Part shown: positions 1-11,539 of the stretch, one piece after another
Position numbering within the stretch: position 1 is the stretch's first letter
How the letters are laid out: every line of letters begins with the position of its first letter
Assembly: GCA_963727895.1 (NCBI GenBank)
Contig: CAVSHT010000005.1
Location: forward strand, 160,001 to 224,000
Length of the DNA stretch: 64,000 nt
Direction of reading: 5' to 3'
Source of the DNA: an uncultured Methanosarcinaceae archaeon
Lineage (GTDB): Archaea > Halobacteriota > Methanosarcinia > Methanosarcinales > Methanosarcinaceae
Program-made: the position numbers and the translations under genes
Notes under the pieces: generated by a model
Databases searched by the model: none
What the model was told of the DNA's origin: nothing
What the model saw: the letters and a program-made list of their open reading frames with translations, nothing else

Positions 1-980
1 TCCTCAAAACTTTCAAGTACAATTTTTAAAACTATTGTAAGCGGTATTGAAAGCAACACACCTCCAAGTCCAAATATAAAATTCCAGTAAATAAGAGCAA
101 GAAACAAAAAAGCAGGAGATAATTGAAGGCCTTTTCCCATAAGTGATGGAAAAAGAACATTTTCTGTAAGTGCATCGACAGCGATAATAATTAAAATGAC
201 TGCTAGAGCACCTAAAGGTCCATACTTGAAAAGAGCAAGCACTATTGGAGGGACAGAAGCAATAACTAAACCAATATAAGGAATATAACTTAACAGGAAT
301 ATAAGGACTCCCCAGAGAATAGCATAGTCAATACCACCAATAAAGAGAAGGAGAGCTATTGAAATACCAGTTATAAGATTTATCTCCGCTCTTATGACAA
401 TGAATTTTACCAGTTTCTTGCTAAACTCACTGAGCCTCAAACTAAATTCAGATTGATCTCCAATTTCCAAGTTTGCTTTATCAGGAGTATTGGCAGCATC
501 AATTAACAGAAATGCAGTTGTGACTATAATAATTCCGGCTGTTGTCCCAGCATTTACAATTTCATTAACGATGTTTACCATAAGAGAAACTGTTATTGAC
601 ACTATATTCTGGAGAATTGACTGTACGGAAAATCCTCCATAAGAAGGGATATATTTTGTATAGCTATTTACTAATTCGGTTAACTGAGCTTGATAAATAG
701 GAATTTGACTCCCAAATTGTATTGCTGTTTTAACAATTAATACCCCGAGAACTAGGATAATTAGTGTAAATAGTAAAATTACCAGAATAACACTCAGTCC
801 ACCTGGAATCCCTTTTTGTTTTAGCCAGCGGACAAGCGGAGTAAAAATAAGTGCCGTAAAAACAGAGAAAAAGAAAATGGTAAGTATTGATGCAATTTCC
901 CTCATTCCTATTGTAAGAATAACGGCTGCAGTGCTGTAAAGTAACATTTTTGCGGGTATAGAGTAATTATTTGAATTTAT
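1..980 (-). CDS. AI-2E family (PerM-like) transporter, 3' end runs off the window
   Basis: Open hydrophobic reading frame (…FLLSYIPYIG…LGLGGVLLSIPLTIVLK…). Start is either ATA at 980 after GGGGAG or the in-frame ATG at 947. Confidence 0.8.
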   Translation of the reverse strand, partial: MNSNNYSIPAKMLLYSTAAVILTIGMREIASILTIFFFSVFTALIFTPLVRWLKQKGIPGGLSVILVILLFTLIILVLGVLIVKTAIQFGSQIPIYQAQLTELVNSYTKYIPSYGGFSVQSILQNIVSITVSLMVNIVNEIVNAGTTAGIIIVTTAFLLIDAANTPDKANLEIGDQSEFSLRLSEFSKKLVKFIVIRAEINLITGISIALLLFIGGIDYAILWGVLIFLLSYIPYIGLVIASVPPIVLALFKYGPLGALAVILIIIAVDALTENVLFPSLMGKGLQLSPAFLFLALIYWNFIFGLGGVLLSIPLTIVLKIVLESFE

Positions 981-2349
981 ATTTTCATCTCCCCAATAAT
1001 TATTTTGGAGTAATTCATGGAATTTACACCTTGCTTTTTACTCTTCTAAAAATAACGTTTGTTAAAGACAAATTGTCTTATAACAGTGTTTATAACAGTC
1101 GTTTTTTCGCAACTTCTACAGTTTACTCCTCTTGACAGCAATGATATTCATGAACCCGAATATCGCCCCAAATTTTCATAATATCTTTTTTATAATATCT
1201 TAAGACCGCAAATAACTATCTACCTGGGATACAAACTTAGAAGGAGTGTTTTGAGTCAAATATCCGATAAACTACTATATCCTCTGAACTATTGACTGAA
1301 GCTGAACAGGAAGCAACAAGATTTATGAGATAAACATCTCAAAATAGATAATCGGTTTCAAAAAAACAGTTACAGACAAAGGACTCATTCCATACCACGA
1401 AAATATACAAATGTTGCCATCCTGTTATATAGTAGGAAACAAAAAAGAATGTGTTATCTCAATACATATGTCAATACCTATTATAAATGCACATATGAAA
1501 TGAAATATAATATATACTAAGGTGTATAAACTTACTAAAATTTTTTTACGTAAGTAATAAAATAGTTTTTTAAGCTTCTTTGCTTTATCACTGAGTAGAT
1601 TCAGGATTTCTGTCAATAAACCGATCTCCTATATGTGTGACCTACTTTTCAATTAAAATGTATTTGTTTAGGTTTGAGTTTTTAATATCATGTTAAGTTA
1701 ACCATCATTGGAATAAGATGGTAAAATCAATTATTGAAAATGCAACTTTTTTAAAATTAATTTAATTTTAAAAATAATTTATTAAGTTTTTGTATTTATT
1801 TTATATATTTTTTTGTAAACTTGTTGATTATAACTACAAGTTCATATTGAATATGTAGCAAACGCTTAATTTTTTATTTTGGTAAAACTTGTGAATTACA
1901 AGAACCTGTAATATATTACTTACAGTTCAAGATCTTCGGGGCATAACTTCACAAAATTATTTTTGATTAATAATTTGATTTAGGATTTTGAAAAATTAAT
2001 AATACACTTTATTTTTGCATATTGGACCGAATTAATTAAATATAAGAACCAGTATTGTTGAAATATCAATAGTTGAAGTTTCACATAATATTTTACTGGA
2101 AAATCGCTGTTGTTAGGTACTATTCCAGAATATAACATGCACACAAAATTGGCTTTGTATAAAAATATCCAAACCAGCTTCAAGAAACGAAAATTAAACA
2201 CGTAAAATGAGATTCTGTCATTCAGTTCAATAAATGGAGATTAATTACTTTGAGGGTTTCTACAAAGCCTTTATGCTATCTATGGAGGTTATTGCAGGAA
2301 ATAAGAACTATTCAACAAAATATGGTATAAAAAAGAAGGGAAAGCAGAA

Positions 2350-2829
2350 ATGAATGAAGAAATATTGAAAAAAATAATTCTTCTTAGTAGAGAAAAACAT
2401 GCTCTTGATAACTTAATTTTTGAACAGGTTATCCATAAAAAAGCAATCGGTAAGTTTAAAGAACTAAGTAAAAATCAGCCCGTGGTAATTGGGATCATAG
2501 GCACAAAAGGTGAAATTATTTCCTCAACAATCGGAGATTGCATAGGTATGGATAAAAGCAGTCTTTCTCGAATGGTTGACGATTTGGAGAAAAAAGGAAT
2601 GGTTCTTCGAAAAACTGATCCTGAAGATCGAAGAAAAGTGTTGATCTCACTGACAGATAAAGGGCTGAGATGTTATAATTATTTACACAAAGTCATAATT
2701 GAACAACTGGAACTTGCAGATAAAAAGGATCTCGAAGAGTATATGTATATCCTCGAAGAAATGGCAAAAATTCAGAGAAAGATGGCAAAAAGACAGGGCT
2801 TGATTCCACAAGATATTTTGGAAATCTAA
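2350..2829 (+). CDS. MarR family transcriptional regulator
   Basis: Winged HTH motif DKSSLSRMVDDLEKKG…DPEDRRKVLISLTDKG; lies upstream of the MMPL operon. Confidence 0.9.
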   Translation: MNEEILKKIILLSREKHALDNLIFEQVIHKKAIGKFKELSKNQPVVIGIIGTKGEIISSTIGDCIGMDKSSLSRMVDDLEKKGMVLRKTDPEDRRKVLISLTDKGLRCYNYLHKVIIEQLELADKKDLEEYMYILEEMAKIQRKMAKRQGLIPQDILEI

Positions 2830-2979
2830 AATTAAATGTGACCAGTTCAAAATAGAGTACTTTTCAATATTCTGCATCGATCACTAAATTGGAGTGAACT
2901 ACTTTTGAAAAACAAAAAACACACATGTAACACTTTCAAAAAAACAATTATAACTCAAATATAATGAGAGGGATCTGTC

Positions 2980-5301
2980 ATTAAGAACGCTTTTGAAAAA
3001 CTTGGAGTATTCATCCAGAATAACCGTTTGACCATACTAGTGGTCTTTTTCCTTCTTATCTTGTTATCGGCTTAGGGTGCTCAGAATATTACTATGAAAT
3101 AAGGGACAGATACCTTTGTCAGCAAAAACTCTCTGCTTTATCAGGACTATGATCACCTTTACCAGAAATTATTTCAAACTCAATCTATCGTAGTGATGGT
3201 GGAAGGAAATGATGTAAGGTCTGCAGAAGTAATGCAAGCTATAGACCGGCTTGAACATCAGCTTAACTCTACTGAAGGAGTTAAAACAACAACAAGTCCG
3301 GCTGATTATATAAAGCTAATAAACTATAAAATGACAGGTAAATCCCGGATACCGGATGCAGATGCAGACGTCAAAAAAATTATTGACGGATATCCCAGTA
3401 TATTTGGACAATTGATTTCTGACAATACACACACTGTAGTTTCGGTAGGAATGAGTGGATCTGTAACAGATGATAAGAAAAAAGAGATTTTGAAGGCTAC
3501 ACAGGATGCTGCCAAACTTGCTGATTTTCCACCTGGATACAATGTCATAGTGACAGGCGATCCCGCCTTTAGCATTGCAATGAACACTTAGATGAGTTCA
3601 AGTATGGGACCTTTGCTAGGGCTTGCTGGCTTGTTTATGCTCATTGTTCTGTTCATAGTCTTTGGACATGTTCGCTGGAGATGGCTGCCTTTACCTATTG
3701 TTCTCCTTGGAATTATATACACTTTTGGAGCTATGGGTTTTTTAGGAATTCCACTGTCTATGGTTTCAATGTCAGCTTTTCCGGTATTGATAGGGCTCGG
3801 TATCGATTACGCAATTCAGTTCCATAACAGGATTGAAGAAGAATTGCGTAAAGAAGGAAATAAATCTAAAGCTATTATAAGAACAATAAAACATACTGGA
3901 CCTGCGGTCCTTATAGCTCTTTCAATGACTGCTCTTGGTTTCGTTTCCTTATTTACATCCACAGTTCCAATGATCCAGGATTTTGGGAAACTTCTTACGA
4001 TCGGCATAATAATGTGCTATCTTGCAGCTCTTTTTGTTGGAGTAATTACCGTTACTCTCTTTGATGATATCTCAAAAAAGAAATTGAAGAAGAAAAAAAC
4101 AAAAGTTGAAGATGCCTCACTCAAGAAGCCAAAACCCCGGTTTATAGGAGATCTTCTCAGGAAACTTACTGATACTACAATAAAGTACAATGTAATTGTT
4201 ATTGGAATTGCAACTTTACTCTGCATTGGAGGTCTCTATGCCGATGAGTCAGTAGGTATCCAGACTGATACTCAGGCTTTTGTTCCTCAGAACATGCCTG
4301 CTCTTCTCGACCTGTATCATCTAAAGGATATTATGGGTGGAACTGATGCACTTAATCTAATTATAAAAGTTAACGACAATGCTGATCCTAATATTCTTAA
4401 ATGGATAGATGAGTTCAGCGAACATGAAACCCAAAGACCACATATTGACAGTGCTTCAAGCATTGTAACTCTTGTAAAACAATATAATGGTGGCACAATC
4501 CCAGATAGCCGTAGTGAAATTGAAGCAATCTATGCACAAATTCCTGAATCCCAGAAATCTCAATACATTTACGGCAAAAACATGCTTCTTTTAAATCTCA
4601 ATATTGGGAATGCTCAGAAAGAGATCGGAATGACCGGAATTAAGGATTTGACCAATATTGTGAAGCAGGATATTCAATGGATGCAGGCTCCTCCTGGTAC
4701 TTCAATAACCATTACCGGAAGTTCTGTGGTCTTTACTGAGGTTATAGGTGCTCTTACAAGCGGAAGAACTGAAATGACTTACATTGGACTTTTCCTGGTG
4801 CTGGGTGGCCTTCTAATTGTGTACAGAGACTGGATAAAAGCCCTTGTTCCGATCATCCCAATGTTTATGGTAACCGGGTGGTCTGGATTGGTAATGACTT
4901 ACCTGAAACTTGACTATACTCCTATGACCGCAACCCTAGGTGCGCTGATTCTTGGAATAGGCTGTGAGTACTCAATCCTGATGATGGAAAGATACTTTGA
5001 AGAAAAGGACAACGGAGCCAGTCCTATGGAAGCCATACATAAAACAGCTGCAAGTATTGGAGCTGCCTTTATAGCTTCAGGAGCCACAGTTGTTTTCGGA
5101 TTTGCAGCTTTGATAGCATCTCCGTTTCCTATAACCAGCAACTTTGGAATGGTTACAGTTATTGATATTGTGCTTGTCCTCGTTGCAACCTTCACGGTAT
5201 TCCCACCCTTAATTATAATATTGGACTCATGGAGGGAAAAGAAAAGAGGAGTGCATGTATTAGAAAACTCAAAAAAGAGCACAGGGGCTGAGATACAATG
5301 A
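2980..5301 (+). pseudogene. RND/MMPL (HAE3-type) transporter interrupted by in-frame stops
   Basis: One frame from ATT 2980 to TGA 5301 with TAG 3073, TAA 3100 and TAG 3589. Motifs GLGIDYAIQF and GIGCEYSIL. Confidence 0.85.
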
Positions 5302-6443
5302 ATAAACCCCAGAACTATGTACCAGAGAAGTTAGTTACAACATTTGTTTTAATTGCAGTTCTCCTGTCACTTTTCTCAATAACTGTGTCTCCGGTTCTTG
5401 GAAGTTCAAACATAGGAAATTTCCTGATTCCAGGGAACGGGTTTACAGTGGATTATTATAGAAGCTATGGAGAGCCAGATATTCAAGCATCTGTTATAGG
5501 AGACCCAGAATTTCAGAGGGGAGAAATCACAGATGTTCAAATAATGCTTACAAATAAAGGTATAATTGAAGGCATGAAACCTCTGAATGTAAATCAGAAC
5601 CTTATTCCTGATTCTAAAGAGGAGTTAATTGCTGCTGCCGAGATGAGTACAGAACAAGACTGTACAACAGCAAAAGGTATCAAGGCGAATCTAACCTCTG
5701 GATCGAAGTACATTCATATCGACTCCACTACAACTCCCCAAACCGTAGACGAACTTAAAACTGGATATATAGATCCAATAAAGTTCACAATACGTATTGA
5801 TGACGATACGCCTGCTGGAGATTATGAACTACAGCTTCCGATAACTTATCAGTACCAGAGTAATGTCCGTACGGATACGGCAAGTACTGTAGCTATTGGA
5901 CTAAGTTCGGATAGTGTAGCATTCACAAAGGAATACACGGTAAGAAACATTGTTCTTCCTCTTCACATATCAATTAAAAAAGAACCGAAGTTTGAAGTAA
6001 GTAAGGTTTCTGGAACTCTGAAACAGGGTTCAACAGATATGATTAATGTTACTTACACAAATATCGGAGAAACTTCAGCTGAAGATGCACAGGCAAAGAT
6101 TGTTGTCATGAAACCACTGAGCACCACCAAGTCGGCTGTCAGGCTAGGAACAATAGAACCAGGAGAAAGCCAGACAGTGTCATTCAATATTACGGCGGAG
6201 TCTGATGCGGTGGTGAAAAATTACGGTGTTGACAGTGAAGTGAAGTATATTGATGATGAAGGGAAAACACAGTTTTCCAATAATATGAAAGTTGACATGC
6301 CAATTGAAAAAACAGAATCGAAATTTAGCACAACGATGATAATTGGGATATTACTAGCCCTTGTCTTTATCTACCAGATTATAAAGGTGCTCCGGAATAG
6401 GAAAAACTATAGCAAAAATGATTCAGGTGATGAGAATGATTAA
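5298..6443 (+). CDS. COG1361-type S-layer/Ig-like domain protein with C-terminal membrane anchor
   Basis: Signal peptide, beta-rich repeats (TPAGDYELQLPITYQY; LGTIEPGES), C-terminal TM helix. ATGA overlap with the MMPL gene. Confidence 0.8.
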   Translation: MNKPQNYVPEKLVTTFVLIAVLLSLFSITVSPVLGSSNIGNFLIPGNGFTVDYYRSYGEPDIQASVIGDPEFQRGEITDVQIMLTNKGIIEGMKPLNVNQNLIPDSKEELIAAAEMSTEQDCTTAKGIKANLTSGSKYIHIDSTTTPQTVDELKTGYIDPIKFTIRIDDDTPAGDYELQLPITYQYQSNVRTDTASTVAIGLSSDSVAFTKEYTVRNIVLPLHISIKKEPKFEVSKVSGTLKQGSTDMINVTYTNIGETSAEDAQAKIVVMKPLSTTKSAVRLGTIEPGESQTVSFNITAESDAVVKNYGVDSEVKYIDDEGKTQFSNNMKVDMPIEKTESKFSTTMIIGILLALVFIYQIIKVLRNRKNYSKNDSGDEND

Positions 6444-7488
6444 AAGAAGAAGTATCTCTGCGGTTGCAATTCTTCTTATGTTAGTGCTAGCAATAATGCC
6501 TGTACAGGCGGCATTACCAGCATATTTTGATTTCGGTAAAAACTTTTACACCGTTTACGGAGGGCCAAATATAGAGGCTACTCCAATTGGAGATACCGAG
6601 TATTCCAGAGGAGATACTGTTACTCTGAATGTAGGACTTATGAACAAAGGAGTAGTTGAGGGTTTTAAATCAGAAAAAGATGCTGACAGCGTGCTTGATA
6701 CAGTGCTGCAGCAAACTGAGATGAAATACGAGACTCAGGCTACAACGGCTGATGGTATCCTTGCAACTCTGACATCTAACAATTCAAATATACAGGTAAA
6801 ATCAGGCCCTCAGGAATCAGGCAGTCTTATACAGGGAGGACAAAGCGTATATCCCTCACAATTTACTATCGAAATTAGTAAAAACGCTCCTGCAGGTACA
6901 TATCCTTTGAATTTACAGCTTTCGTACCAGTACCAGAATAATACGCAGGTTAGCGGAGATGAGTATGATGCGACTACGGGACTTGTAACTAACGAAGGTG
7001 TAGGTGTCTGGTACGAAAATAAAACACAGAACCAGACAATAATGGTCACGGTTAAGAAAGAGCCTTACTTTGAGGTGACGAATGTAACAGGAGATCTTTA
7101 CCCGAATAAAGAGAGTACAATATATGTTACTTATAAAAATACAGGGGAAAAACCTGCAAAGGATGCAACTGTAAGAGTAACTGCCAGTGATCCATTCAGC
7201 ACAACTGATGATCAGGCATACCTGGGTAATTTGCAACCAGGAGAGAGCGCGGTTGCAGCTTTTGATATGTCTACAGATAGTACTGCAACGCCAAAACCAT
7301 ATTCGCTGGACAGTGAAATCCTTTATGAGGATACTGAGGGACATGACCAGGTTTCAGACAGTGTTAAAATAAACACGAAAGTATCGCCTGAAAAAAGTTC
7401 ACTTCCAGGATTTGAACTGGGAACGGGTATGACATTTGTGGCTCTTGCAGCCTGTTTTATTGCATTAAGAAAGAAGAAACAGGAATGA
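6436..7488 (+). CDS. COG1361-type S-layer domain protein with PGF-CTERM sorting signal
   Basis: Paralogue of the preceding gene. Ends LPGFE + TM helix + RKKKQE. RBS AGGTGA before ATG 6436. Confidence 0.85.
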   Translation: MIKRRSISAVAILLMLVLAIMPVQAALPAYFDFGKNFYTVYGGPNIEATPIGDTEYSRGDTVTLNVGLMNKGVVEGFKSEKDADSVLDTVLQQTEMKYETQATTADGILATLTSNNSNIQVKSGPQESGSLIQGGQSVYPSQFTIEISKNAPAGTYPLNLQLSYQYQNNTQVSGDEYDATTGLVTNEGVGVWYENKTQNQTIMVTVKKEPYFEVTNVTGDLYPNKESTIYVTYKNTGEKPAKDATVRVTASDPFSTTDDQAYLGNLQPGESAVAAFDMSTDSTATPKPYSLDSEILYEDTEGHDQVSDSVKINTKVSPEKSSLPGFELGTGMTFVALAACFIALRKKKQE

Positions 7489-7553
7489 GGATAAAGAACC
7501 TGAAAAATTCCATAAATAAATGTCGAGGCAAAATTTCACGATGAAAGATGAAA

Positions 7554-7584
7554 GTAGCCTTTTTAAAAGGCTACAACTTTTTTT
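7554..7584 (+). terminator. Hairpin plus T-tract after the MMPL/S-layer operon
   Basis: GTAGCCTTT-TTA-AAAGGCTAC followed by a T-run. Confidence 0.55.
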
Positions 7585-7713
7585 AAAATATATTGAAAAA
7601 GAATTTGACAATAAAACTTAGTATACAGCATCTTATCAAGAAAATGAAAAAAGAATGTAATCCTATGCTTAATGTAATTCTGTGCTGTTTTTTCTACAAT
7701 TTTCTAACCTTAA

Positions 7714-7854
7714 TTAATATGTATATTTTCTTTTGTGCAATTTTTTAAAAAGTATGAGAAGCTTAGGTCTTATATATGCCTCGTATGCCATTCCTGCAAA
7801 AAGAAACAAAAAAAGCATGAACAGAGCGAGGACACCGACTGGAATGTTAACCAT
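7714..7854 (-). CDS. Small single-TM protein, 46 aa (not in ORF track)
   Basis: GGAGG RBS; MVNIPVGVLALFMLFLFLFAGMAYEAYIRPKLLILFKKLHKRKYTY. Confidence 0.55.
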   Translation of the reverse strand: MVNIPVGVLALFMLFLFLFAGMAYEAYIRPKLLILFKKLHKRKYTY

Positions 7855-7998
7855 ATTTCATTCCTCCTGCAATGTTTAATCATGCCATTTCAAGCTAATC
7901 ACGATGAAATAGTTCCACCACGATTAACAATTATATCTATTTAATTATATATAATCGTTAGTATTTATAGTATGAAAATAAAAACGTCATACACATAA

Positions 7999-9031
7999 GG
8001 TGGATACCATATTATGCTTTGAAATAAGGAGGTTTGCCGTCAAAAACAAAAAGAGAACTAGTGATTGTTTTAGTGATTGCTTTGTTCATAACCTGTCCAT
8101 AAACTATTGAACTTAGAATATTTCTTATTTCATAATAAAAGTCAAGTTCTGTCTTTCAAGTAAACTCGTTGATACTTTACTTTGATCTATATCCTGACCA
8201 AAAATAATTTTTTTCTATTTTTTGAAGCCTCATTCCCTTCTTATTTTTGACAACCTGAGTATATTTCAAATCATTAGGTACTATTTTTGGTTTCTTAGGT
8301 ATTCCTCTCGGTCCTGTTTTTTGAAACTCTATCCATTTACTGTATTTTTTCAAAAGAGATTCAGCATAGAATTTTAGTCCATCTGTAACGAAAAGAGGCT
8401 TTGGATCTGAAAGATGTTTATCTGTAGTTTGTATCAATTCGTCAGCCACATACTGTTTTCTTGGTCCCAGTACAAAATCAATAATTAACCTGGATTCAGG
8501 AGCAAAACTCATCCACATCCATGTTCCGTCGTCTTCACTTTTTGTTCTTGGTCCACTTTTTTAGACTATTACCCACAATTCATCCATTTCAACTTTTGAA
8601 ATGTTCAGGTCTTTCATTAAATCTTCATTTACCTTCTCACATTGTTTCGCTGCGCGAAACAACCAGTTACTAACTGTAGATGTTGAACTTCCAATAACTC
8701 AGCTACGGATTGTATTGACATTCCCTTGATAGCCATCTTTAAAGCTAATATGACAACAGATTCATCTTTTCGAACATTATCAAAGAAAGTGTTTGTACGA
8801 TCGTTGAATACTCTGCCGCATTCGTGGCAGATATATTTTCGAACTCTCTTGTTCTTGATTTGATAGGTGCCGTTGCCTATGATATTTCCTTTCCCAAAAA
8901 TACTGTAGAATTTACAATCTTGATTAGGACAAGAAATATCCGTAAACTTTGGTTTTGCTCCGCGTTTCCCCATTAATATATCAATTATATAACGCTAATA
9001 CATGATATCAGCTGACTATAAAATGAGCACC
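7999..9031 (-). mobile_element. Degenerate IS1-family element (archaeal type), frameshifted and internally deleted
   Basis: ORF pieces 8629-8973 (CPNxxC…ChECG zinc finger plus HTH) and 8177-8518 (FVTDGL, DDE region). Ends begin GGTG. Confidence 0.75.
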
Positions 9032-9434
9032 AGATTTTGAAGTCCTAAATCTTGAGAGTAAGAAAACCAGAAAAGAATAGCTTTGTTAAAATCTTCAAAA
9101 TGGTTATATTCATAGAGGTGAATTGAGTAACATGGCGTTATAAATGCTATTTTAGCTGTTTAAAAATGTTTTAATTTTTTTTTAATCCAAACTTCAAGAC
9201 TTATTAGTATTGATTGACTGCAAATACTCAAGTTAAATTTCGATTGAATAAGCTTATTTTAACTCTGTTTGTGCACATATGAATATTAGAAAATTTAGCT
9301 AATGTTAAGAAAATTTAGTTAACGTGATTTTTTGATATATACCAACTTTAGTTTAATATATTTGCTCTCAACCCAATAAGTATATATATCTGTCTGGTAG
9401 AGATTAATAAACCTGAAAATTAGGAGGATAGGAT

Positions 9435-9530
9435 ATGCAAAAAAATGGTGTAGAGTTTAATTGTATTTATTTTCTGGAATGCGAAGAATCAAAGATTGTA
9501 GATTTGGATTTCACACTTCCAGCAGCATGA
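9435..9530 (+). CDS. Small acidic Cys-containing ORF, 31 aa, upstream of the ECF Co/Ni transporter
   Basis: AGGAGG RBS; MQKNGVEFNCIYFLECEESKIVDLDFTLPAA. Confidence 0.45.
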   Translation: MQKNGVEFNCIYFLECEESKIVDLDFTLPAA

Positions 9531-9599
9531 AAAATAATTTTCTTACTTGTTGCTTGATTGTTGTTAAACAGAATTCAAATTGAACATTGTCGATGACAT

Positions 9600-10418
9600 A
9601 TGAGTAATTCACAGGCTTCTGGTCATATCCCTGATCTTGACCTCATAACCCATTATAGTGAGAATTGCTACTCTTTTCTCACTAGAATCAGTCCCTGGAC
9701 AAAACTATTTGGACTTATTGCCATCATCGTAATTTTAACCATTTCACAAAGTGTTGAACTACTGATGGTAATGTATGCGTTTATACTCCTTATCTATTGG
9801 CAATCCAACCTGCCAATCAGAAAATTAGTTAACTGGTGCTTTTTGCCGGTTTTGTTTGTACTATCATTAGTTATTTTATTGATGTGGAATGAACCCGGAA
9901 TACCTTTGCTTTCCTTAAAGATCCCCTGGTTTTCTCTGACTTTGACAGATAATGGATTATTGTTATTGATCCGGCTTTTGCTAAAAGCCCTTATATCAAT
10001 GACATCTTCTCTTCTGTTTCTCATGACAACTAGGTATTCACACCTCTCCGCCATAGTTTACAGGATCTTTCCATATCCTGTGGACCAGATATTTTTGATG
10101 TCTTACAGGTTTCTCTTCATAACACTGGATATGATTGACTCCATGATAATGGCTTTTAAATCGAGAGGTGGAGGTTTTATTAAAAACATGAGCAGGCAAA
10201 CCCAAACTTTTGCGGAGATCTTTGCACTTGTTTTTATTCGATCTTACGATCAAGCAGAAAGGGTTAACAAGGCTATGGAATCAAGGGGATATAACGGAAC
10301 ATACACTACGTCAACAGAAATTCAGCAAATAAGACCTGTGGAATATACTGTCCTATTTGCATTTTTAATTGCAATAGCCTATCTGCTAATATTTTATAAT
10401 TCATCGATTTCGAGGTGA
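9600..10418 (+). CDS. cbiQ: ECF cobalt/nickel transporter T component
   Basis: Membrane protein with FKSRGG and AMESRGY motifs. Confidence 0.88.
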   Translation: MSNSQASGHIPDLDLITHYSENCYSFLTRISPWTKLFGLIAIIVILTISQSVELLMVMYAFILLIYWQSNLPIRKLVNWCFLPVLFVLSLVILLMWNEPGIPLLSLKIPWFSLTLTDNGLLLLIRLLLKALISMTSSLLFLMTTRYSHLSAIVYRIFPYPVDQIFLMSYRFLFITLDMIDSMIMAFKSRGGGFIKNMSRQTQTFAEIFALVFIRSYDQAERVNKAMESRGYNGTYTTSTEIQQIRPVEYTVLFAFLIAIAYLLIFYNSSISR

Positions 10419-10429
10419 ATTTGTAATTC

Positions 10430-11326
10430 ATGCAAAAACATATTGATCTAGTACGAAAGCATGACTTTCCCAAGCCTCATGAGCTAATACATATAGACTG
10501 TGCAAGTCACATCTACCCGGATGGAAGCATTGGAATTCATGAGTTGTGTTTTAAGGTAATAGAAAATGAAATAGTTGCCTTATGCGGGGCGAATGGTTCA
10601 GGCAAATCTACTCTTTTAGAACATCTAAACGGCTTGCTTTTGCCTTCAAAAGGCAACATCTACGTCATGGGCGAAAAAATAAATCCAACAACGAAAAAAG
10701 ACCTATGGAAGAATGTAGGGATAGTGTTTCAGAAATCAGATGATCAGCTCTTTGCACCAACCGTTCTGGACGATGTAATGTTTGGTCCTCTCAATCTAGG
10801 CATGAACAAAGATGAAGCCCGGGACGTAGCAATGGAAGCATTAGAAGCCGTAGGAGCTGAGAAGTTTATAAAAAAAATTCCCAATTATCTCAGCGGTGGA
10901 CAGAAACGTTTAGTCTCTATAGCTGGCATTCTTGCAATGAAACCCAAAATAATCGCTCTTGATGAACCAACTTCTGACTTGGATCCAAAGCATTCTGAAA
11001 TTGTTGAAAATATAATTTGTGAATTGAAAGAAAAACATGGCATAAGTATTGTTCTGGCAACCCATGACCTCGACTTTGCTGCACGTATTGCTGATAGGAT
11101 CTGTATTGTTAAGGGAGGATCTGTAATTGCAGAAGGCAGACCCTCTGAGATCTTTTACAATAAAACTTTGCTTGAAGATTCCGGGCTGAAAGAGCCTAAT
11201 GTTGTACAGGTATACAGGGCTATTTGCGAGTTAAAGGGGACGGAGAGTAACAAAATGGAACAGCCTGTGACTATAGGAGAATTGGTGAAATCCCTCCAAC
11301 CTTCAAATAACCATAAACAGTATTGA
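10430..11326 (+). CDS. cbiO: ECF cobalt/nickel transporter ATPase
   Basis: Walker A GANGSGKS, LSGGQ, ALDEPT; VFQKSDDQLF. Confidence 0.9.
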   Translation: MQKHIDLVRKHDFPKPHELIHIDCASHIYPDGSIGIHELCFKVIENEIVALCGANGSGKSTLLEHLNGLLLPSKGNIYVMGEKINPTTKKDLWKNVGIVFQKSDDQLFAPTVLDDVMFGPLNLGMNKDEARDVAMEALEAVGAEKFIKKIPNYLSGGQKRLVSIAGILAMKPKIIALDEPTSDLDPKHSEIVENIICELKEKHGISIVLATHDLDFAARIADRICIVKGGSVIAEGRPSEIFYNKTLLEDSGLKEPNVVQVYRAICELKGTESNKMEQPVTIGELVKSLQPSNNHKQY

Positions 11327-11539
11327 AAGAGATATAACGGACTCTTTTGAATTCTGTTCTTTTCAGTTTTATTTATTACACTGCATAAGTAACTTGCATA
11401 ATTAAAATTTGGCATAATGCCAAATAATTTGGTATAATTACAAAAATTACACAATATATAAATCAGACAAATTGGTGTCACTAAAACCCATTTACAAAAT
11501 CTGCATCGATAAAAACAAACATAATAGGAAGTTCTCAAA

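Noticed and set aside
1081..2201. ORFs 1425..1616 and 1980..2201 and a possible gene remnant at 1081-1430
   Set aside because: AT-rich intergenic frames with no RBS or recognisable motif.
2980..5301. Pyrrolysine (amber) read-through restoring the MMPL gene via TAG 3073 and 3589
   Set aside because: An in-frame TAA at 3100 also interrupts the gene, so amber decoding alone cannot give a full-length protein.
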